Shown here: piece by piece, positions 54,201 to 64,000 of the stretch | How the letters are laid out: every line of letters starts with the position of its first letter | Numbering within the stretch: position 1 is the stretch's first letter | Assembly: GCA_013239625.1 (NCBI GenBank) | Contig: MU054187.1 | Span: 17,104,711-17,168,710 of the forward strand | Reading direction: 5' to 3' | Source of the DNA: Lama guanicoe | Lineage: Eukaryota | DNA: 64,000 nt | The notes under the pieces: model-generated | Seen by the model: only the letters and a program-made list of their open reading frames with translations | What the model was told of the DNA's origin: nothing | The model's database searches: none | Made by a program: the position numbers and the translations under genes

Positions 54201-55655
54201 AAACAACACATTTATAAATAACACATTAGCCAAAGAATAAATCTCAAGAGAAATTTTTAAATATTATGAACTAAATGAAAATGAAAACACAACTTATCAA
54301 ATTTGGGGGATGTAGCAAAAGCATTACTGAAAAGGAAAATTATGCCATTGAATACATATACTAGAAAAGAAAAATGATCTAAAACTAATAAACTAAGTTT
54401 CTACTTTAGGAAATTAGAAAACAAAAAAACAAGTTAAATCTAAAATTAGCATATGTAGATGAATAATGAAAATTAGAGCAGAAATCTATGAAATTGAACA
54501 CAGGAAAGAAACCAAAGGAAAAATCTCAGTGAAAACCAAACGTGATTCTTGAAAAGATGAATAAAATCAATAAACCTCTATTACTTTAATCAATAAGCCA
54601 GAATTATTTAAAAAAAAAAAGAGAGAAGACACAAATTACTAACAACAGGTCTGAAAAAGAGAACATTACTACACAACCCATAGGCATTACAAGGATAATA
54701 AAAGAATATTTTAAACAATTCTATGCCCACCATATTACATGTTTATGGATAGGAAGATTCAAGGTGTCATTTCTTCCCAATTTGATCAACATAATGAATG
54801 CAATGCCAATCAAAACTCCAGAAATTTTGTGGATACTCACAAACTGATTCTAAAGTTTATATGGAGGAGCAAATGATCCATAATAACCAACACTATTGAA
54901 AGAGAACAAAGTAGGAGAATTGATACTACCTGATTTCAAGAATTATTATAGAGCGTCAGAAACCAATACAATGTGGTACTGGCAAGAGCACAAGCAGATG
55001 AATGGAACAGAATAGAGAGGCCAGGAGTAGACTCATATAAATATGGTGAATTGATTTTGACAAAGGAGCGAAAGCGGTACACTGAAGCAAAGACAGTCTT
55101 CAAAAAACGATGCTAGAACATCTGGACATCCATAAGCAAAAAAAAAAAAGATAAAAAAGAATCTAGACAGAGACTTTACATTTTTACATAAAATAACACA
55201 AAAATGGATCACACACCTAAATATAAAATACAAAACTATAAAACTCTTAGAAAATAATAAGAGAAAACCTAGATGACCTTGGGGATGATAGTGGATTTTC
55301 AGATTCAACACCAAAGGCAAGATCCATGAAAGAAAGAACTGATAAGCTGGAATCACAGGCAAAATCTTTTTCTTTGCTAAAGAGTCAGGAAAATGAAAAG
55401 AAAATCCACAGACTGGGAGAAAATATTTGCAAAAGACACATTTGATAAAGAACTGTTATCCAAAATATGCAAAGGACACTTAAAATTCAACAATAAGAAA
55501 ACAAACAACCTAATTTTTAAAAATGGGCCAAAGATATTAACAGACACTTCACCAAAGTAGTTATACAGATGGCAGGTAAGCATATGAAATGTTGCACCAT
55601 GTTATATGTCATCTAAGAAATGCAAATTTAAACAATAAGATACCACCAAACGTCA
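51273..55655 (+). mobile_element. Old L1M element: 5'UTR, ORF1, inter-ORF, ORF2 EN and C-terminal parts; RT region deleted
   Basis: ORF1 motifs around 52440-52960. ORF2 start atcaataattactatcaat..ccaattaaaagac at ~53495. ORF 54037-54240 KIDHILDHKT..FSDHNGINLEIN. Jump at ~54730 to post-RT sequence. Confidence 0.9.
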
Positions 55656-55659
55656 TTAG

Positions 55660-56160
55660 AAACATTCAACAGTGCAAAGAGACAATCTATAAAATGGGAG
55701 AACATATTTGCAAACTATATTTTTGATAAGGGCTTAATATCCAAAATATACAAGGAACTCAAACAACTCAATAGCAAGAAAACAAATAACTTGATTTAAA
55801 AATGGGCAAAGGAATTGAAGAAACTCATAGCAAAAGAGATTGGATATGTGATTTCCAGAGTCAAGGGGTGGAGTGAGAGGGAATTGGATAAATCTGTTCT
55901 AAAGTACAAACTTCCAGTTATAAGATAAATGAGTACTAGAGATATAATGTAAACGTGATTAGTGGAATTAACACAGCTGTAAGTTATCTACAAACGTAGT
56001 TACAAGACTAAATCCTAAAAGTTCTCATCATAAGGAATTTTTTTTTCTTTTTCTTCTACTTTGTATTTATATGCGATCACTGATGTTCACTAAACTTACG
56101 GAGGTGATCACTTCAGTGCTATTTGTCAATTATATCTCAATAGAACTGGAAGTGAAAAAA
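55660..56160 (+). mobile_element. Second L1 3' end (L1MA9-like) abutting the older L1
   Basis: Repeats the ORF2 segment atgggagaa..atatttgcaaa already seen at 55413, then gtacaaacttccagttataagataaatgagtactag, ending caattatatctcaatagaactgga plus an A-tail. Confidence 0.8.
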
Positions 56161-58349
56161 AACTGAATGAACATTGATGAAATTCATAAAAACAAATAAA
56201 ATATAAACAGATAAGTAATATACTACAGACCATTTTCCCATACCTGTGTGGAATATTTTCCCCATGTCCTCATTATATATTATAACCTCATTTTGAGAAA
56301 TTTACTAACTTTCAGATAAATGACATTATGCTAGTTAATAGTGAACACCATAAATTATATATATACTAATATTCATCATTTAATATCTTTGACTCTGGGT
56401 AAAATTATAATCCATGCGCTTTTATAATATTGCTAAATGTATAACCATGCAATTTTTTTTCTTAAGGAAAATTAACTCTAACAGTTGATGAAGTAGTCAT
56501 AACTGAAATACATTTAATATAGGCACAAAATGTTATGTTGTCATTTCCTTATGGCTGTTTAGATTTGCATACACAAAACCAATGTTTTGGTTATAGCACC
56601 AAGTGTTTCATATGTAAGACATTATTCACAGTATGTTTCCTGTTATTCTGCATAGCATTATTCTTTGTGAAAATAATGTTTTGGCCTCAGGAGGAATATT
56701 GCAATTGGATGTACAGCAATATATTTTTGGTATGGAGCCATGGTACTATGGTTAATCTTTTTTTTTTAATTACCTTGGCAGTCAAGTCAATGAACTAAGG
56801 TAAGAGTCAGAGAGACAGACAGACAGAGGCAGAAACAGAGAGGTAAAAAAGGAGTGAGGGGAATAAATTATAGAGAACGCGAACATTTTATCTTTAAAAT
56901 CTGAGGCAGTTTGTTAATAGATGTAAAAAAACTAGCTTTTTAAAATTATTACTTGCTCTTCTAAGTAGTATGTTTCTTTTACACAAATTACCTATAGTTT
57001 TTATAGATTTAAGTGATAGAGTAAGCTATAAAATGAATGATGAAAATAAAATGATTGCCTTTTTGAGATAATTCCACCTTTGTGATCTATCTCGTTGTGA
57101 ATCTAATGATAAGAACTACAGAACTCTTATTAGCACTTTTCAAATTTTAGTTTGTCTTAATAGCAAAAAGCTGCCAACATCAATAGAAAAATTACAGATT
57201 ACTATATTTTCTTTTTCCAATCCCCATACATGTACATTGCTTTTCATATAGAAATATTTATACTATGTGTATGTACATGTGTGTACTGTATAACTCTTCA
57301 TAATTATCTTTCTGTCCTCCTAGTTGTCATGTTTTTCTGCTCATAACCTTTGGAAAATTGCCTTGTGTTTAGCAATGATGAAATAATTGAATATGTATTT
57401 GTTTAACGAATGTGTACTGAGCCAAAGAGTCAAAATCCTTTAACTAAATGGCTTAAACTTCACAATATTTTAAATATGTCTGATTGAGCATGCGTAAAGT
57501 TGGCAAAATGATTTTTAATAAAAATTTTAAATGTCTCAAAATCTTGATATATTTCAACAAGTAAGCAGTGTACATAATTCTACTTTTGCTTTATGTCAAA
57601 GTGATGCAGGTACATTGGCTTATTATAAAGACAAATCATGCCTGAACGCATTTTTGTAAAATTTGCAATAACCATTTCAGCTGGTTTACGAAAGGACACA
57701 TTTCCAGGATGGACTTTCTATACATTTTCAAACACTCACTGAATATATATTCTATCTCCTCTCCCGATATATTTGCTGTATTTGCATTTTCTATGAGTTC
57801 AGTTCTTAACCCGGCCCTATTTCTTGCATGTGAAATCTTTTCTTTGAAGTCAATGGAAGCGCTGCATGTGGGAAAGATCCATGTTGTGTGGAGAGAGATG
57901 TGAATTGCAAATGCAGTTCTGAAACATCATAAAAAACATACTTATTCAAAAATTTGAACAACTAAGCTTAGAGTTGATATATAATGTCAATGCATTCATA
58001 TTCCAAAACCTCAAACATGACTTGATTCTTTGTTTTGCTTGGGGTTATTTTTTCTAATATCTTTAAAGTATGAAACTGTAAATGCCAACAACAACATTAA
58101 AGTCCTCCTGAATTACAAGACCGCACAAGCAGCAATATTTTAGGTTCATAACACATACTTCAATCCTGTTATACCTCCAAATATCTAAGGATTTCTTCCT
58201 TTACCCCTCAATTTTTCCTCTCTACCATTGTATTCTGTTATTGCATCTATCCTGAACACTCCGTTCTTGCCCTTCTTAACAGCTACTCTTCCGTCTGTCT
58301 ACTTTTTACAGAAAATCTCCTTGTAGGTGTCAGTAATCCCTAACTCTGA

Positions 58350-59842
58350 AACTTCTCCCATTTTCTTGAACCCACTCCAATCAGACTGTCATCCCCAGCA
58401 ATCCACTTATTAACAAGGTGCCCAGTGAAGTCCCCAATACTAAGTCCTCATTTAATTAACATTACTTGACCTGGTTCATCATCCACTCTTCCCTGAAACA
58501 CTTTCTTACTTGGCTTTTCTTTTCAACATTTTTCCACTATGCTTTGGTCGTTCTGTGCCCCCTTCCCTGTGCCGTTTCTTCCTCACCTCCCTGATCTCTA
58601 CATATTGTGCCCCAGGGCTCAGTCCTTAGTTTTCCTTTTCTTCTTCTTTTTTTTTTTTCTTTCTATCCGTACTTATTCTCTGATGGATCTCATACTGTCT
58701 TCCAACTTTAAACATTGCTTGAGGAAGATGAATCCCAAATTTTAGTTCTGGCCCCAATCCCTCCCATTACCTCCAGGTTGGTATAACCAACTATCATGTA
58801 GTTATTTCAAACTGAACAACTCAAAACCCAACTCCTGGTCTTCCTCTTAACCACCTCTTAATGACCTTGCACCACTTTTTTTTTTTCCATCTTAGGTAGA
58901 AGACCACCACCATTCTTCCACATGATCCAGCCTCAAATCATAAGAACCATAATAAGCTCATCCTACCCATGAACAAGATCAGAGCTCGACCTTCACAAAA
59001 TATCCATAAACTGACTACTTTCAAACCACCACCATAGCTACCACTCTGCTCCAAACCATCACTGTCTCTTGCTTTGATTTTTATCTTTGCCTCCTCATTG
59101 TTCTTTCCAATCCCATGATTGCCGCCCTTCAGTCTATTCTCACACAGTCATCAGAACAACCCTATTAAAATTTTTTGAAAGCATGTCATTCTTCTCATCA
59201 CAATCTTCCAGTGCTTGGTGTCCTTAAAAGGCTTCACCATGATCTAGCTATCCAGGTACCTCCGAGCCCTGACACCTTATCATTCTTGTCTTTGCTCACT
59301 CCCACCAGTCAATCTGCTCCTCCTCTCTGCTCCCACCTCCATAGCTTGCTGAACATAAAGGTCAAATACCTGCCTTAGAATGTTTGGACTTTCTCTCTCC
59401 TCTGCCTGGAATGGTTTCATTCAAGATATGTACACACTTCAATTCCTCACTTCTTTACTGTTTATTTATTTAAATATTACCTTCTCAGCAACGCCCTTTT
59501 TGACACCCTATTTAAATTTCACTTCCTCCCCTCCCTCCCACCATTATGTCTCAACATTGCCCTTTCCTGTTTTGCTTTTCCTTAGCACTTACTTAACATT
59601 TACACTACATATATATTCATATATGTATACATGAGATTTAATGCATAGTATACACTTAATTATGATAAAGTATATATGTATATACTATAATTTATCTTTT
59701 TGATTCACAGTCTACCCACAACAGATTTAAGTTATCTAAAAGCATGCAGACATTTTTGCCTGTTTTAGTCACAGTTATATTCTTACCACATAGAACAGTG
59801 CCTAATACATGATATGTTCTCAATATTTATTGAATGAATGAA
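58350..59842 (+). mobile_element. L2 (L2a-like) ~1.5 kb 3' portion
   Basis: aacccactccaatcagac, gtgcccagggctcagtcctt, cagtctattctcacacag, tagaacagtgcct, terminal tgaatgaatgaa. Confidence 0.88.
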
Positions 59843-60229
59843 AGGACTTCCAATTAGATCAAATTCATCATTACATAACTTTATTTTGTAAACTCCTGAA
59901 TTGAAAACTACTAAGCAATAAAGATGTTTTGGAAAATTTTCCTTCACTAATCTGCAATTTCAGTCATTTTACCCTTTCTTTTTGACATTTTCCTTAGGTT
60001 TGGAATAATCTTTTTTTCTTCTCTTTTGTGTCTGTGAGAATGATTTATAGAAACAGCAGCCTTCCCAGACAGTGCTAGAAGTGTGGTCTATTAATTCTCC
60101 AAAATAGCTCTTTTCATATTCAAAATCCCATATTAAGCCAGAAGTTCTTGGATGATCTAACAATACTTTTCTCTAATTTCGAGGAAAATACAAACATCTT
60201 TAGGTTTCTGAACCAATTTCTTTCAAACA

Positions 60230-60730
60230 TTTTGCACATTTTATAATTCAAGATTATTTTCTTTTGTGTCCTGTTTATAAAACTTTGCTAACTTTAAAAT
60301 CATAAAGGTTTGCGACTGTGATTTACTCCTTAAGCTTCCATTTTTATTTTTCTTATTTATTTTTATTTTTTGCATTCAACTTCAAAATGCATCTGGAGTC
60401 ATTGTTTTATTTATGATGTGGTGTAGAAATCAAGTTCCTTTTTATTTTTTTCATGTAGGTATTCAATGAGCTCAAAACAAATTATTGTGAAGATTTGAAT
60501 GTTACCTTTTCCATATATCAGATGTCTATACATGTGCGAGTCTGTTTCAGTCCTCTCTTCTGCTCCACTAGTCGATCCTTCTACCTTTTAACCAATGTCA
60601 TCCTCTCTTAATAGCTGGAACATTAGAATAAATCATTATATCAGGTAGAGTCTGTCCTCTGAACTTTGTGGTCTTCTTCAGGAGTGCCTTGACTATTTGT
60701 GGCCATATTCATTTCCACGTACATTTTTTT
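60230..60730 (-). mobile_element. Degenerate L1M ORF2 fragment
   Basis: catctggagtcattg, gtgtagaaatcaagttc, gtctgtttcagtcctct, cttgactatttgtggcc antisense L1 motifs. Confidence 0.6.
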
Positions 60731-60779
60731 TTCCCTTTGAGATTCTGGTACCTGTAGGATATCTATGAACTGTAGAAGG

Positions 60780-61180
60780 GAGGCATAAGGGTGGTCAAGG
60801 CTGTAGCACAGGATATAAACCTAGCCCTTTTTAGTGTAGGACACATCAGCTTTCAAATATCCATTGAAACCTGAGACTAGAAAATGAGGTATGGGGAGAG
60901 GGAAAAGAAGCAGGAAGGTATAAGAACCCACTGATTACTAACATTTATGGGCAGGAAGAAAAGTCTCAACGTGCATCCAGAGAAGTAGGAGGAAAAGCAG
61001 TAGCCAGACTTGTCACTGAAAACAAAGATGGGAAATATTTCAGGGAGAGAATTGCCATGGTCTCATGCGATAATATTGATAGTATAATTGGGTCCTTCAC
61101 AAGAGCAATGCTTGGAACTGCTGGGTTCCGATGGGCAGTTAGTGGCAGAGGATGGCCTGGAGTTGGTAAATCTGAGCAAA
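60780..61180 (-). mobile_element. Degenerate L2 fragment
   Basis: Purine-rich aacatttatgggcaggaaga...agaagtaggaggaaaa...atttcagggagag pattern. Confidence 0.45.
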
Positions 61181-62039
61181 GGTAACAAACTATCAAGCAA
61201 TTAGATGAGATATTACACTCAGCGCTAAGTAGACAGTGGTGTTTGCAACATATGTTTTTAGAATGTGTGAAGGGCTTAACTTTTAAAACATTTTTCTTTA
61301 CAAGTCTCTTAATTTTTATAGAAATGAACAGCCTCATCCAAACAATTCTTGGACTTCAGGAAAAATTCTTATCTGATGTTACTGAAGAAAGAGCTAGTCA
61401 GTTAGAAAAAGATCGATTACAGCAGTTAAATATAACAAATAATACATATATAAACATTATGTTATAATTTAAAACATGTAAATATGAATTGATTTGTCAA
61501 TCTTTTGATATAAAGCCAGACTTTTCTTCTAGAATAGTTCCACTTATTCTCATTTCTAAGCTGCTGCTCTTGCAAAAAGCTACCAGCGAACATCATTTAT
61601 TAAATATTCAATTAAATTATATAATTAGATACTCAGTAAAATTACCATAAGAAAGATTAAAAAAAATATGACCAACTTATAGTAAACATTAAGCTTTGGG
61701 TTGCCCAGGCAAATAAGTACCGAACATATTGTGACCATGAAACACACCAAGACCATGAGTCAGTGTGCACCAAGAGGGAAACAGAATATTTAATGATCTA
61801 GTTAGTCTGTCTGAAGGGGGATTGGTTGAAAGACCATTCACTTTAAGTCATTAATATACATCTTTATTGTATGACAGTCTATTTTTTATTCTATTTATTA
61901 GAAAAAAGACAACTTCAGTGCACTTCATTATAAGACAATAAGATAAGTGAGTTTTCAAAAAAAAAAAACTGCAAAAACCAGGGAATAGGAAATTAATACA
62001 TAAGAGCTCTGGGCACTCTCTGCACAATGTTTGATGACT

Positions 62040-62660
62040 AAGTGATAAGGACAACCCAGAACAGATTCAAGAAGTATTCATTGGCACACCAACACACCCA
62101 AGTCTTCATCTTTTAGTCCTAACTTATCTCTGGAACACCCTACACATATAGTCAACTGTTTTTCACACTCTTTCTACATGACCTCTAAAGACCTCTAACA
62201 CATAGCATCAAAACTACTAATGAGATCAAAACAGGACTTCTGATTTATATTCCAAACCTACTGTCTCATAGGGAATCCTATGGATTCATCTCTTTCCATG
62301 CTTTCCTACATCCACCCCTTCACAAACCTCAGTGACTCTAACTTCCAAATGGTTGTAAACCTACTTAGTTCTCCTTATTTTTATCATTACCACACTAGTT
62401 AAAGACCACATTCTATTGCCTAATTTAATGCAGTTGGTTTCTGGTAATCTCATCCTCTACAATCTATTCTTCTGAGTAATAATTTTAGAACATAAATGAG
62501 AAGGTATTATTTCCTCTAATGGGTTCCTATCAAAATAAAACCAAACTCAGTACTAGACAAAGAACCTACATGATCTGGCTCTTGACTCTAATCTCCTCTT
62601 CTTTTCCTCCCTCCTTTGACCAGTATGCTTCAGCCATTTTATCCTTATATTATGCAGATA
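62040..62660 (+). mobile_element. Degenerate L2 fragment
   Basis: tctacaatctattct, ttttagaacataaatg, cctacatgatctggctc motifs. Confidence 0.6.
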
Positions 62661-62740
62661 TTTTGTTCATTGTATGAATAAGGCACTCATTTTCCACTGG
62701 TTAACTAACAAACCAAGTCACTTTCTAAAGTCAATCATTG

Positions 62741-62839
62741 GAGGGAGGGTATATAGTTCAGTGGTAGAGTGCATGCTTAGCATGCACAAGGTCCTGGGTT
62801 CAATCCCCAGTACCACCATCAAAAAACAAAAGAAAAAAG
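62741..62839 (+). mobile_element. tRNA-Ala(AGC)-derived camelid-type SINE
   Basis: tagttcagtggtagagtgcatgcttagcatgcacaaggtcctgggttcaatccccagtacc with A and B boxes and an A-rich tail. Decayed TSD taaagtcaatcattg (62726-62740) / taaagttaattgctg (62840-62854). Confidence 0.92.
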
Positions 62840-64000
62840 TAAAGTTAATTGCTGAATTCCTATTTACTTTACAAGAGAAGCTGGAATTGAATGGGTGAGG
62901 TATTAGGATTGCCACAGAGTCCAAATTGTTCTCTTAGTCTTGATTTCAAAAGGAATATAACTCCATAAGAGTTTATATTTCATGAGCCCTGGAAATAAAA
63001 TCATTTCTTCCACATAGGAGTCTACTGGGAAATATAAAGTGAGACACTGCTGGGAGATATAAAATAAAAGGTGGGTTCAAAAGTCATACATAGGTTGAGA
63101 AACCATATAATTGATCATTTCAACAAGGACGTTTGAGGTTGAGAAGGAAGACCATCACTAATTAATTACACAGGTATTAACTAGGATTGTTACAGGCCTA
63201 CCCGTCTTACACTGTAACTAAGAGAGAGGTTGAGAATCTATCACTGATAGCATCAGAAACCATCCAAGTTGTAATCTGGGTTACTTGTGCTAATTATCTG
63301 CATCATATTTTGCCTTTTATAAAAACCTGTGCTTAGGCAGCTCCTTGGAAGAAGACGTGAACTCATGGCATTTGGTTTCCAATGGTCACAATCATCCAAG
63401 CAAGAAAATCCCAAGGGGAAGCTAAATTTCCAAGGGAACAGAGCAAAAGCTGGCAGAGCAATTAACCTTCCCCTATGTGGACACTGTATTTCCAAACCTA
63501 AATACTTGAAGATGAATTTATTTTTGTAAATGAGGGTGATAATTCCTTCATGGATCAATTGGGAATAATTGATGAAAACAGATGCATTAAGAAAACTTAA
63601 ATACCTAGAAATTAAATGCTAAGACTTATGTTGTGGTACTATTACTATACCACCAAGCTACATCTATAAAAATATTACTGTACAATTAGGAGAGTAGTAT
63701 GTTGTTTCTATATAGATGCATAAATCAATGTATATGTAAATGTTCTCTGTATCATCTACATGGGCAAAACAAAAGTTAAATTATATACTGACTTACTTTT
63801 TGAGATTATTGTCTTACGATTTAACGATATTACTGATGCTTGATGTGTTCAAGAAGAAAGGCTAGGAAAACAGGAAAAGTTGTTTGGGAACTTGCATACA
63901 AGGAACACTACCTACATGAAAATATGAATTTGACAGGGCATCCTTCTGTCTATCTCAGTGTTTCTCAAAGTGTAGTTTAAGTGGCACCCACTATAATCAA

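Noticed and set aside
62745..62818. Apparent tRNA-Ala(AGC) gene
   Set aside because: A-rich tail, decayed TSD, imperfect acceptor stem and a sister copy at 41072 indicate a SINE.
63956..64000. Possible start of a MER5-type hAT element (cagtgtttctcaaagtg)
   Set aside because: Cut by the window edge; too short to support.

Overview
AT-rich, CpG-poor mammalian nuclear DNA with no recognisable protein-coding exon, RNA gene, CpG island or promoter. It reads as a large intron or gene desert. Two tRNA-Ala-derived SINEs point to a camelid (alpaca/llama/camel) genome; this is inferred from recalled repeat consensus, not from a database search. Much of the window is fossil transposons. These include young 5'-truncated L1 3' ends, old L1M elements (one ~4.9 kb composite lacking its RT domain), a ~2 kb Tigger1, MER82, MER8, MER3, MER21, two MLT1 LTRs, and several L2 and MIR copies. 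The only ORFs with recognisable proteins are decayed L1 ORF1/ORF2 and Tigger1 transposase fragments. I found no convincing novel biological system. The best leads are small: a 41-bp imperfect palindrome carrying homeodomain/MEIS-type motifs, a perfect 17-bp-arm inverted repeat, a twin-priming micro-inversion in a short L1, and a few candidate enhancers and exons. Repeat family names come from recalled consensus sequences and most boundaries are approximate.
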